A model generated the notes under the pieces. It had not been told where the DNA came from. It worked only from the letters and a program-made list of their open reading frames with translations, and searched no databases. From positions 16,306,001 to 16,370,000 of the forward strand of contig NW_026889803.1 of assembly GCF_033153115.1 (NCBI RefSeq): 64,000 nt of DNA, read 5' to 3'. The DNA is from Saccostrea echinata. Taxonomy: Eukaryota. The translations under genes were made by a program, and so were the position numbers. Shown one piece after another: positions 38,161 to 50,394 of the stretch (positions within the stretch are counted from its first letter, which is position 1; each line of letters opens with the position of its first letter).

Positions 38161-39900
38161 TTACTGGCAGTGAGGGCACCTGAATGTGCTCGAGGTACGA
38201 AACACTCTAACCTTTGTACAAAATTTTAAATGAGTCCAGTGGGTACAGAAGTCACACTCCCCCCACTGGACAAACAAAACACCTAGTATGCTTCTCAGCC
38301 CCTCTGGTTCCCACCTCTGGCAAACACAGCAAACCTCCTCTTCTTTCTGACTTTCACAATAACTACCATCCTCAATAATAGGACCATGGGTCTTTTTAGA
38401 TTTTTTAACTATTGATGTCCCAGATGTGGATGGCTGCATGTCCTCAAGATCAGACTTCTTCTTTCCTTCTGCTGATGATTTCAGAATATCCTTGTTTGTT
38501 TTCTTGGAAAGAGAACCAGCGAGGAATGTGGGATGAATTTTCTTTTTTTCTGTTTGGGCAGCTCTAATTTTTCGACTGCTGAAGAAATCAGGTTGTGGAG
38601 GATCATTACATATACGTGTCTGGGAAAATGGCTCCTTTGTGGCATGTTTATGTTAAATTGAAATAACATGACTTTGGGAACTTTGCTGATCAAAATGAGC
38701 TTGGGAGCATGGGTCTGCTGTCTTTACCTTCTGTTTAGGTGGATCAGCATCTTCAGAGATTACTGATTGAGCCATCTGTTGTTCTGTAATTGGTTTCGGG
38801 TCAACTGGAACTGTTTTCCTAAAGGCTGAAATTAAGTTTTCGGGATACATTGCTTTAAAGTATGGCGTTGCTGTGAGTCCTGCAATATCATATTTGGTAA
38901 TATTTCTCCCTGGGTGCTTCTGTAAGAAAACAACACAGTCTCTATTATAGATTTTTTTTTCAGTGGCCCGAACACCCCAACATCTAATGGCTGGGTCAGG
39001 TGTCTGCTGTGCAGTGGGAGAACAAATATGATGATGTTATTTCTTTGTCCCCAGTCTGTCAAAGTTAAGCTAATTTGGGATCGATGCCCGCCTGAAAGGA
39101 TAAGAACAGGGTCCTGATTTTGTCTCCTGGCATTTGCTACAAAATGGGTTGTCAAGCAGCGTTCAAATATTTTGCCATTTGACTAACTACTATCACTCAT
39201 GGTTCCCGATGATCCAGATATTACATTAAGGAATTCCATCTTTTACCTGGGAAAACATAAAATGGGGGCAAAAAATGGCCTGCAGCATTTCCTCCGACAA
39301 TGATGGTGATGGTAGATGATCGTGGAGATGTTATGGATTGAGGGCTTACATCTTTTCCACAAGCAATTTTTGGAGGAGAATGGTCTGTCGAAATCCCCGT
39401 CTCGTCTATATCAAATATTTGATCTGGTTTGTCCGATAAACCATGTCGTGTAAAGATTGTGGACAGCTCCTTAAAGTAGGCCTTCAATTTTTCAGGAGAT
39501 GCATTTTTTGCTCTAGTCATTGAGAGGTTTTGTGGCTTCGCAAGTTTCAGGTTTTGCCGAGGACGTAAGAAGCCATAGAACCAATAGTTGCTGAGATGTT
39601 CAGAATTTTTATTCTTTGAAGTCTTTTGTTGATGGAATTTGCATATTCTTTTCCATTCTCTGAATACTCATTTTTGTATATTCATAGCCTATCTCAGCCA
39701 TTTAGATAAGATGAAGTGCCAAAGCTTATTCTTGGAAGGTAAAAATGTTGCCATATCCCTATTTCGCATTTAGTTGAACTCTCTCTTTTACTCTGTCCCT
39801 AAGAGTCTGTTCTGGTACAGAAAATACCTTACAGGCTCTATATACAGACATTCTCTCTGAAACGACAGCATCATAGGCTATGAAGATTTGCTTTGTCATA
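38161..39900 (-). mobile_element. Decayed pogo/Tigger-type DDE transposase gene with C-terminal PHD finger
   Basis: HTH_psq-like MSVYRACKVFSVPEQTLRDRV (about 39850-39790), IFDIDETG, LPLHSRHLTQPLDVGVFGPLK, and PHD-like CCVC...WGECDFCTHWTHLKFC...CPHC. Many frameshifts; TIRs not resolved. Confidence 0.85.
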
Positions 39901-40275
39901 CTTTGTCATGCTTTGTCATATTGATATCTTTATGATATGATATAAACTTTATGATAAACTAAAGACTTCAACTTTTCTATCTTCAACTTTGTTCATTTAT
40001 GTACCAATACACTAATATCATCCGCACATTGGGTTAATGTCTTATGGAGCATGTCCTTTGTACGAACAATTTGTAAAATGAGATAGGCTACTGACAAACA
40101 AGTTGATGATAAAAGAGTATCATTATCTGGAAATCAACATTTCACAAATTCTAGAGTAGATGCAATGACCTTGTTTCCAAATACATTCAGTTGTTAAGTC
40201 AATGCTGACAATTTATTGTGGTTAAATGGACTTTTGAGCATGAATACTGTTCGTTATCTTCATATTTATCCTCCG

Positions 40276-40557
40276 TGAGGTCGTGAGTTTGAATCTCGGC
40301 CGCGACTGACCTAAGTCGATAAAGTTCCTTCGCCATGCTCTTTGAAGTGAAAGTTGCGGGTCCTTCGGATGAGACCTTAAAAACCGAGACCCCGTGTCAC
40401 GACAGGCGTTGACGATAAAGAACCCTCACTGCTCAATAGCCCTGTGTGCCAAGTAAAGGTCAAAATTTGAAGCCGGTTACCGGTATATGGTGACGTCTCT
40501 ATATGAGTGAAAAATTCTCGAATGGGACGTAAAACAACATACAATCAATAAATCAAT
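40276..40557 (+). mobile_element. SINE family B, 5' truncated
   Basis: Matches 22668-22945. Confidence 0.88.
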
Positions 40558-41321
40558 CTCTAAATGTGATATGAGGTATTTCATCCTAGGAAACTAAATA
40601 CTCTTACTTTTTCCATATACAGTTTTGATCAAATTTCCATAACAACGCTTAATTTTTAAATTAGAACAAAAATATATTTTGTTTTAAAATGTAGTAATCA
40701 AACATCAGTATGTATGAAAATGTATTTTGTCAAAATAAATGTGTGATATTATCAAATTTCTTGTATGTAATATGCTACTACGATCTTTATTACTTAAAAT
40801 ATTTTAACTTATAATAATTGTTTTTACTTTAGGAATGTATGTGCACTGAAAATTAACAATAAAATTGCTGTTCAATACTTGTTACCATGGTTAAGTAGGT
40901 AATAGTCGTCTTCTCAGATATTTCATCATCCTAATAAAGCATCATGTCGTCGATTTTTGAAACAGGTCTGTCAATTTCCTTTCTACATTTCTTGCAATCA
41001 TTAATAAAGGAACTAAAAACAAACAAATTTTAAAACAAAATAAAACCAAACCAAAGAAACTAAACAAAACAAGCAAACAAACAAAACCAAAAAAAAAAAA
41101 AAAAAACCCCAAACAAACAAAACCCAAACAAATAAATTTTAAAAGCTTATTTTGAATCTTTTGGGCATATTGCCATTGTTACGACTTATAGCAACCCATT
41201 TTTATCTATTTAACTTTATGGTATCAAATACTTTTAGTATAAAGTGTTGGAAGACATTCTGTGAATATTCGTAACACAGCATCTATAAAAGAGTTCAAGT
41301 CATTTTATCAGTGGCTTTTAA

Positions 41322-42243
41322 GGAGGTTGGATCCTGCCATCAAAAGTAATGAGAATTTTTTATTAAGTATATTTTTTGAATTTACACACATAGCTTAATT
41401 AAAAATGAGAACAAAAAATGGGGGTCAATGCGCTTCTTTTGGCGCTATAGAGCATTTAGTTTGACCTTTTTGCACTGTAAAAATATCTTACACATAAATA
41501 AAATTTTAAAGTTTTCCTCCAATATTTTTTATTCAAATAAATTATGGGATCAGAAGCAGTCTTATTTCAACTTGAATAGACACATTAAAATTTTGACAAC
41601 GAAATAATTTTCAAATTACTCTGCATGTTCAATTATTTGACCTTTTTGCACTCGAAAAATTAATTTTTCTGGCATCAAAAATTTAACAAGCACAAAATTC
41701 ATTCGAAAGTAATGACATTTTACTGAATTTAAGAAGAATGGTTAAAAGTATCTTATATATTCAGAGAAGAAAATTAAAAGTGGGGGTCTGTGATGTTAAT
41801 TTTTAGATATTACTAAAATAGTGCCAATTTTAAGCTTAAATAAGGGCTATTTTTTTTCTTGATTTTCATAATATATTTGCTAATATGATGATAGAATTCA
41901 TGACAGTTTATTAAATATATAATTTAGGACCAGTATAAAACAGTTCACTGCACAAAATAACTGTGTGCAGACTGCATGTAAAAATAGGAATCCAAACTTA
42001 ATATACTTTAAATACTTATAAAGAGAAAAAATGATCATTTTCTTCTAAAAAAAAACTTCCGCCACAAAATATAGTTCCTCACTTAATACTTTTGGTATGG
42101 AATTTAATCATGGAGTTTTAACTGAATATAGTTGAATTGGCATTGTAGAATCTAAATTTATTGTAAGAATTAAAACATTATGCAGAATTTTTGAAATATG
42201 GGTTAAGACAAAAATCTGCTCAAAAGCTCAGGAGCGAACCTCG
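41322..42243. mobile_element. Kolobok-like non-autonomous element
   Basis: Imperfect TIR ggaggttggatcctg / caggagcgaacctcg with TTAA flanks. Confidence 0.7.
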
Positions 42244-43525
42244 TTAAGTGGTTGTTTTTAACTGTGATTGTTGCTTAGTAGCAAACATACAACAAATAGT
42301 CCTCTCCTCGTAAGGTATGCTTCTTATTTGGAAGAAAATATTTTCAACTTTTTGAATAGAAACATTCGAAAATAAAACGGTTCTTAATATTTTTTGCTAA
42401 GAATATTCAAATTTTGTATAATGTCATTGTTTTAACAATTATTTGCTTAAAAATCAAGGTGTATAATTGAAGTTGACTTTTATCCTTCCTTTATGTGAAG
42501 CAAGACGGCGGTTAGGTGTAAGATCTAGAGTTTCGTTCAGGGTCTCCACCGATGCATCCTCCTACGTGTAAGTTTTACCGAAACATCTAAAATAAATTTT
42601 ATTGTGAACCAAATCATTTTCTTCTTGTTGTTTTTATACATAAGCATGCACACGAACGAGAGGTGAAGTTACACATTCTGAGAAATTACTGAAAATATTC
42701 CATGTCTATTTAAGAACGTAAAACTTTAATTATGACTTTTTTAAAGTTTTAGTGATGGGGAGATTGCTGGCATTGTTGTTGGCTGTATCGTGTTTTGTAT
42801 CATATTAATTTGTATCATCGCTTGCTGCTGTATTGGATCTGAAGAGGAAGAGAGCAAAGGTAATGTAATGCAGAGTAGCCCCACAAACCAGAAAAAGATC
42901 GTCACATGTAAGTGTATACAAGTCGCGGATCGCTTCGAATAATTTTTTTGTTGTGATTTAATCATTTAATACTGTCACATTTCTTCAGCGCGGAAGCGTA
43001 TTGCTGCCGATTGATAATAGACATGCGTGCGATGAATGAAATAACTGGTATTATACTTGGTAAAGCTATTACGTTTATATTTTTTTTATGAAATACTTTA
43101 AAACTCGAAATATTAAGATACATTAAATTTACTAGTCTAAACAAGATGACATGGTCAAATTAGCTTGAACACACACGCATGCACGTGCGCTTTGCTCTGA
43201 TTGACTGAAACAAAAATCTCAATAATTTCCTTGTTTTTATAACAAAATACATTGAAATTTAAATGATAGGCATATATTATGAGCATCTACAATAAGATAG
43301 GCATATATTTTGAGCATCTACAATATGATATATATTGAAATTCTTGAAAATTTACACGTCCATGCACGCGTGCAACAATTTGATTGGCTGAAACTTTAAA
43401 TGGCTATAATTTCTTAGTTGTCAGCAAAACAGAACAAAATTTGGAATGTAGATAACTATAACTTTTCCTTACATTATCCTGCTATCAAATCTGAATGCAA
43501 AGACATGCTTGCACGTGTGCTTAAT

Positions 43526-43811
43526 TCTTTTTGGCTGATTCTCAAATGCTCTACGTATGAGCAATTTCTAAAACGAAGTAAGCTATTGACAAACAAGTTG
43601 ATGAAACAAGAATATCAGGAGTCTCATTTAAAGTCGTCATTTCGTAAGTTCTATGGTCGATACAATGACCTTGTCAGCAAATACAATTTATCATTAAGTC
43701 AAATGCTGACTGACGTTTTTCATACTAATTGTTTGGCCATTATTTACACACTGAATTGTCGACGGAATTTTCCGTTATTTCCCGATCATGACAAGGAGCA
43801 CACAGCGGGTT
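43526..43811 (+). mobile_element. Penelope-like (Naiad-type) RT C-terminal fragment
   Basis: CSTYEQFLKRSKLLTNKLMKQEYQESHLKSSFRKFYGRYNDLVSKY, nearly identical to the 47 kb and 54 kb copies. Confidence 0.88.
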
Positions 43812-43969
43812 AGACACGAAACATAAGATCATATATATTTTCAGATGTTAAAACGAAATTGGCATGGTACATTTTATCTACGGTTGTATTCCCAGAATGC
43901 CCTACCGTAAAGTCGAGCATGCGTATTCCAGTAAAAAATACTAACGTAGTTACTAGCGCTCTGGCGTTA

Positions 43970-44577
43970 GCAATAATATATTAATGTGACTAATAATGGC
44001 TTAGCTGTTTTTGAGAAGATTTTTTAAAAGATATTTCCTATTTATTCCAATGGTAAAATTTGACCCCCTGTTGTGGCCCTGCCCTACCCCCAGGTACATG
44101 ATTGGAACAAAAATGAATCTACACTACCTAAAAATCTTTCTTTAATAATATGACTAATTATGGCTTTGCTGTTCTCGAGAAGAAGATTTTTCAGGATATT
44201 TCCAAAATATTCCTATGTAAAACTTTGAAGCCGTCTTGTGGCCCCGCCCTACTCCTGAACAAACTCATATCTAGAGTATGTAATGAAGCTTTGGCATAAG
44301 TTTCATCTTTTCCTGCCCAGTGATTCTTGAAAAGGAGATTTTCAAAAGATTCCACTAATTTTTCACAAATTCTTAATTATCTCGAAAGAGAAAGAAATAC
44401 TTCCTGTGAACAGACGTAAATGGCCTTCACCCAAGAATGCGTTGTGGCAAGTTGAAATTGGCCCAAGTGTTCTGGAGAAGAAAATGAAAATGTGAAAAGT
44501 TAACGACAACGACAGACAACGGACAAATTTTGATCAGAAAAGGACACTTGAGCCTTCGGCTCAGCTTTAGCTGAAAA
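43970..44577. mobile_element. HINE-like element end
   Basis: Satellite-like units (gaagatttt...ttgtggcccc.ccctac), gacaacgacagacaacggac microsatellite, terminal hairpin tgagccttcggctca followed by agctgaaaa. Confidence 0.6.
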
Positions 44578-45539
44578 TTACGCTATTCTTCACTTAAAAA
44601 AAACCTATAAAAACAGTGCCTACTAAAGAAAAATGCCTTGAATTAAAGAATGAGGAATCCTTGAATTTATCCACCAATAAAAATAATCCTAATCATTAGC
44701 ATTGAATGTTTAACTATGCTGACCGACGTTAATAATTTTTTCAGCAAACTCAACAACTGGAGTTATCTACCCTTCAAAGATCTCTGCAACATTGGATACT
44801 CACGAAGTAAACAGTTCTTCATAGCCTCATCCATACAACAAACAATAAACTACTGCATGACAGTATGGACCAGAAGCCCTGAACCAAAAGTATGATACAA
44901 ACATGGGCAAATACATTGACAAATCTGCATCATCTAATAAATCTACTGACCAGATTTTCTCCACCAAGCACAAGAAATCGCTTCGATTTTGAATATTACA
45001 GTACTTTATCAATTAAAAGAATTACTTTTATTAAAAATCATTTTGAAAGCCTTGTCAATATATTTTCAGCATTAAATTTACTTCAAATGAATACTTTGCC
45101 GTAAAATTTTTACTATATTTGTGATTGTGAAATTATATATGTTCCACATTTAATAAATTTGTGTATACGCAAACTACTTGTGAGTTGTATTATTTTTTAT
45201 TTGAATTTCCTTTTGTTTAATCGAAATAATTTTTATACTTTTAGAGAATTTTATCTACATCTGTAAATTCGTACCTTTCTATGATGAAGTATTCTGCATT
45301 TTTAATGAACAACAGACAATGATTAAGAGACTACTTTTTTTATTAAACATTTTTCGACCAGTTTTTCTTTGTTTTAGTTCTTTGCATCTTTTACCAATAA
45401 ATATTAATTAAGATAGACCTGAAGTCAGGTAAATCAATTCAATATTTTAAAACAACCTATTGTTTATTCGTTAATTTTCAAATCGAATATTTCAAAAACA
45501 AATCCCAATGATATAGATATATGCAAACTAAAAAAAATA

Positions 45540-45701
45540 TAGTAAAATTTCATTTTCTCGAACTCGACGGGACCGAGAAAAAACTTTTTTGAACTTCCAG
45601 ATATCCGAGGATTCGATATAAAGATGTTGATATATATGATGAAAAAAGTATTTGCGACATTCAAGTGCCTTTGTGGTATTCGAGATACCGAAGTTCAACT
45701 G
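45540..45701. mobile_element. Short Tc1/pogo-type MITE
   Basis: Imperfect TIR tagtaaaatttcattttctcgaa / ttcgagataccgaagttcaactg with TA flanks. Confidence 0.5.
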
Positions 45702-46293
45702 TATAAATTTGTTTTTGACTCTGTTCTATCAACAACAAAAATGAGTAAAATAATTCTTTTGCAAATGAAGAGAAATGTCCGCTACTGAAAGATTTTTTGG
45801 TTTGGATGACAATGTGCTCCTCATTTAGATCATGATTTCTCTTAACAAAAATCATTTCAACAGATTTTATTCATTTTATTAATTCTTTTTTAATGTCATA
45901 TGCACATATTATACAATGAAAAAGACTGTTGTTTGCCTAAGGTCTGATTTGGTGTTCAGATAAAGCGCGCTTAGTCATACAGTATTAGGCGTTTCGATTC
46001 AGTATTATCAGTATGAAAATCTCATTGAAATAACATATAGTTGTGAAAAAGTTCATTATTTGTGTATTTATGTCATTTGTAAATTTTCTAAATGTCAAAT
46101 ATTTTGATGACAAGCTCAACCCTTGCCCATAGTAAGTTTTACAATTATTTACTTCTTAGGTGTAAACAAGATTTATTGATTCTTCACTATAATGAACTTA
46201 CATGATCTTGAAATTGATATATATGTATGTACTTATGTGCAATGAAAAAATGATACACTACAACCAACTCGACCTGTTGGAATAGCAACTATG

Positions 46294-48013
46294 AACAAGA
46301 TGTGTTTGTGAAACACTGATGCCCCCGTATGACAGCTTATGGCTTAAAGGTTAAAGTTAAAGGTTAAAGTTTCTCAAATGCAAGTCAAAATCCAGGCCAA
46401 AAGAGAAAAAATTTTAATTCTAAAGTTCTAGCTGCAACTGTTAAGAAGTTATGGCGAACTTTAAAGTTTTTTAAAAGTAAGTAAAGCATCAAGGTCAAGG
46501 TCAAAGTTGTTGGTATCCAAAGGAAGGTCTTGTCAAAAGGATTACATATGTAAAGTATGAAAGCCCTAGCACCAACCATTCAAAAGTTATGGCCAAGATT
46601 AAAGTTTTTCGAATGTAGGTTAAACTCCTATGTTAAGCTCAAAGTGGTTGGTATCCAAAGGAAGGTCTTGTCACAAGGATTACATATGTGAAGTATGAAA
46701 GCCCTAGCACCAGCCATTCAAAAATTATGGCCAAGGTTAAAGTTTTTCAAAAGTAGGTCAAACTCCTATGTCAAGGTCAAAGTGGTTGGTATCCAAACGA
46801 AGGTCTTGTCACAAGGATTACATATGTGAAGTATGAAAGCCCTAGCTCTAACCGTTCAAAAGTTATGGCCAAGGTTAAAGTTTTTCAAAAGTAAGTCAAA
46901 CTCCAAAGTCAAGGTCAAAGAGGTTGATATCCTGAGGAAGGTCTTGTCACAAGGAATACACATGTGAAGTTTGAAACCCCAAGCACCAACTGTTCAAAAC
47001 TTATGGCCAAGGTTAAAGTTTTTCAAAAGTAGATGAAATATATGGAGATAACGAACAGTATTCAAGCTCAAAAGTCCATTATACAATACAAAATAGGAGC
47101 AGAGCAAACACGGACCTCCAAACAGCAGAGGTGGGATCAGGTGCCATGGAGGAGTGAGCATCCCCTGCCGACCGGTCACACCCGCCGTGTGCTCCATGTC
47201 ATGATCGGGAAATAACGGAAAAATCCGTCGACAATTCAGTGCGTAAATAATGGCCTAACAATTAGTATGAAAAACGTCAGTCAGCATTTGACTCAATGAT
47301 AAATTGTATTTGCTGACAAGGTCATAGAACTTACGATATGATGACTTTAAACGAGACAGCTGATATTCTTGTTTCATCAACTTATTTGTCAATAATTTAC
47401 CTCGTTTTAGAAATTGTACATACGTAGAGCATGCTCTTGCGTATCGAATCAACTGAGAGATATATACCCCGCATGCAGGTGATGAAGGTATATTGCTGCA
47501 TAAGTAAGGGAAGTTGACGATTGAAAAGTTAAAGTCATCACGTTTATCATAAAGCTTGGTTGTAAGATTACCATTAACGTCTTTTTCAAGTAAAATATCC
47601 AAATATGAAACAGATGTGTCAGACTCTGTGGTATCTTTTATCTCAAGATCAAACTCCAAGGTCAAGGTTAAAATTGTTGGTATCCAAAGGAAAGCCTTGT
47701 CACAAAGGATACACATGTGAAGTTTGAAACCCCAAGCACCAACTGTTCAGAAGTTATGGCCAAGGTTAAAGTCTCATAAAATTTTGCAAAAGTGGGTCAA
47801 ACTCCAAGGTCAAGGTCAAAAGGTCAAATATGATGGTACCCAAAGAAAGGTCTTGTCGCAAGAAATACACATGTGAAATATGAAAGTCATAGCTCCGACC
47901 AATCAAAAGTTATGGGCAAGGTTAAAGTTGACAACAGACAGACAGACAAACAGACAAACAAACAGGACAAAAACAGTATACCCCCGGGATCTTTCGATCC
48001 GGGGGCATAAAAA
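46294..48013. mobile_element. HINE-like element with 138-bp internal tandem repeats
   Basis: Starts aacaagatgtg...tgatgccccc. gaaagccctagc recurs every 138 bp (46563, 46701, 46839, 46977). (gaca)n is followed by the terminal hairpin cccccgggatctttcgatccggggg and cataaaaa. Confidence 0.85.
47033..47647 (-). mobile_element. Penelope-like (Naiad-type) 3' fragment inserted in a HINE repeat unit
   Basis: LEIKDTTES...YLDI...KLYDKRDDFNFSIVNFP...SQLIRYARACS RT C-terminus with no downstream GIY-YIG, followed by a conserved 3' UTR. Confidence 0.9.
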
Positions 48014-48019
48014 GAGACA

Positions 48020-48808
48020 CCAAAGCAAAGATGTAAAATCGAGTTTGTCTTTTTCATTTGTGAAAAGAAACTTTTCTTCATGTAAAGCCCTGATGCTTCT
48101 CATTTTTAAATATTTGGTCATGGCTTTCACTGGACATGTAATAGTTTGATTTGCGAAAATTGGAATGGAAATACCATTCCCAAAAGGGTCTGTCTTAGAT
48201 CTTTTAAGAGTCAAAACCAAATGATCTTCAAAAAGTGTTAAATCGTCAATACATATATTATTAGTTGCATCAAATTTCTCATCAATGGTAAATTCCCCAC
48301 ATCTTAAAAAACCAAAGAAAGCTAAAGTACAAACAGATTTAAGCATGCTATCTGTAAAAACATCAAAAATTCCTTGATCAAGTAACATATACATTTTTGT
48401 TAAAATATCTATGGTAATAGGCAAGCGTATTCTTTTGTCTCTATTACATTGTGATTTCTTTATGCCTGACAAAATGGTTTGTAGACCTTGTAATGGTTTC
48501 CCATAGCTTTCTAGGGGGTTAAAACCACCTATTCGAAGGTACATGTATCGTATACCACTTAAATAAAGTTTGATAGTAGAATAACTTAGTTGCAGCTCAG
48601 AATAACAATAACTAACATATTGTATAAACACTTTCTCACTAACAATCGGCAAGCCATTACTTGAGTTTAAGTTCATCAACGATACAAATCTTAGGAAACT
48701 CTGGAAGCCAATCTGGTATTGACGTCTGGTCTTGTCACCAGTAGCTCTGTCCCAAAGTTCACTCACTACGGTTTGAAGTCCCATAAAACTTGGTGTAACG
48801 GGGGACAC
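48020..48808 (-). pseudogene. Tyrosine recombinase of the Ngaro-like element, truncated before the HxxR/Tyr catalytic motifs
   Basis: ORF 47903..48808. Homology ends at FLFTNEK and the remaining residues come from the adjacent HINE. Confidence 0.88.
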
Positions 48809-48829
48809 TTGGTTGGATTCATGTCTGCA

Positions 48830-50390
48830 TTTGGAGCTAGATTGCGAAATCGCTGAAACTGAAAACGAGAAAGAGCGTTAGCTATTTCATTGAAGATGCC
48901 TGGAACATGTTTGCTATATATTACAAAATTATTTTGTACAGATCACATTACTAAACTACGCATAAGTTTCATAATATAAGTTCCTTTGGAACGTCCCTTT
49001 TGTAAAATTTTAACCACTGCTTCATTATCACACATGAACTGAATTCGTGTCCCTTTCCAACTATGTCCCCAAAGAATTGCTGCAACGACTATTGGATACA
49101 GTTCCATAAATACTATGGACATTTTTGCATCTGTTGATTCCATCAGGTCAAGTGGCCAAGGTTCACTGAACCATTTTCCATCGTAGTATCCTCCAAAACC
49201 TGAATTCAAAGCAGCGTCGGTGTAAAGTTGGAGGTCTGCATTGGACGTAAGATAACACTCATAGAAAAGTGAAACTCCATTCCAGTCGGATAGAACAGTA
49301 AGCCACATTTTCAAGTCATTTATGCACTCTTGATTTAAGTGAACATAATAGTGTAATTCCTTCACTGTAGTGGGTAGACTTTTTAGATAGCTTACAAATG
49401 CTCGACCTGGTAGTATAACTCTGGTGGCAAAATTAAAATGCCCCAACAATTGTAAAAGTTCTAATTTTGTGCATGACTTTTTCCTTAAAAGATAATGAAT
49501 AAAGTTGGCAATGCGCTGTACTTTCTCTTCTGGTAAAATGGCTTGCATTTTCTCTGTATCCAGAATAACACCGAGATAAGTAAGAAGAGTCGACGGACCT
49601 TCTGTCTTTTTCTCTGATATAGGAATTCCCAGCTTCTTAAAAGTCATTTTTAATATCAACATAGTTCTTTCTCCATCGCCTGTGAGCCTGTCAATTGTAA
49701 GAAAATCATCCAACAAATGCAAAATTGTATGGATACCATAATTGTGTCATGCAATCCAACACACTGCTTGAGAAAGGTTATCAAATATCTTAGGGCTAAA
49801 TCGAGATCCAAATAATAATCTTACACAAAAATAATAGTTCTTGTTCCATTTAAAACCCAGAAAACACCACTGTTCAGGTAATACAGGAATTTGCTTAAAA
49901 GCGTCTTAAATGTCTGTTTCACATAAAATTGACCCTTTTCCATATTCTTGAATGTGTCGAATAGCATCATCAATTTTAACATACGAAAGTGAGCATTTCT
50001 CTTTGTCAATTAAACTGTTGATGCTTTCATGATTTGGGTCATTATGAGGTGAAGATAAATCTAAAATGAGCCTTTTCTTTCCTGAATATTTTCCAAGTGC
50101 TATTCCCACAGGACTAATTCTATGTAACATGAATGGAGAGGATGTAAAAGGGCCTATGACAAAACCTTTGTCCACTTCAGCCCTTATGAGACTATCAACT
50201 GTCTGGGGGTCTTCACGAGCTGATTTCAAATTCCTACATTCTTTACTGCTACAAATTTCCTCTTGCTGTATTAGAATTTTAAAACCATTGGTTAGACTAT
50301 CAATCAAATAATGTACAAAAGTTTAATCAGAATGTTCTTGTAATTCACTGCCCAAACGATGAATATTTATTGGTGTTGAAGCTTTGAATT
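48830..50390 (-). pseudogene. RT-RNase H of the Ngaro-like element (stops/frameshifts)
   Basis: ORFs 49906..50307 and 48943..49722, with a premature TGA at 48943. Confidence 0.9.
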
Positions 50391-50394
50391 CTAG

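Larger units (their letters stand above)
35815..44950 (+). pseudogene. Copy 4 (A-type), probable pseudogene
   Basis: Exon 1 (35815-35881, MALINSPYTCMFLCWIYLSATE) is open. Exon 2 (42492-42567, CEARRRLGVRSRVSFRVSTDASSY, GT|gtaagt) lacks the AG acceptor. The TM exon (42747-42907) is open. Exon 4 from 44745 has TAG at 44822-24 followed by further stops. Confidence 0.85.

Noticed and set aside
47033-47260. Hammerhead ribozyme in Penelope-like termini
   Set aside because: No CUGANGA...GAAA core with flanking helices could be identified by eye.
46400-47930. Regularly spaced repeats resembling a CRISPR array
   Set aside because: Whole 138-bp units are homologous, with no unique spacers and no cas genes, in a eukaryotic HINE context.
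47903-48808. Intact 301-aa tyrosine recombinase or phage integrase
   Set aside because: The ORF is chimeric: the catalytic C-terminus is missing and replaced by HINE sequence. It belongs to a YR retrotransposon, not a phage.
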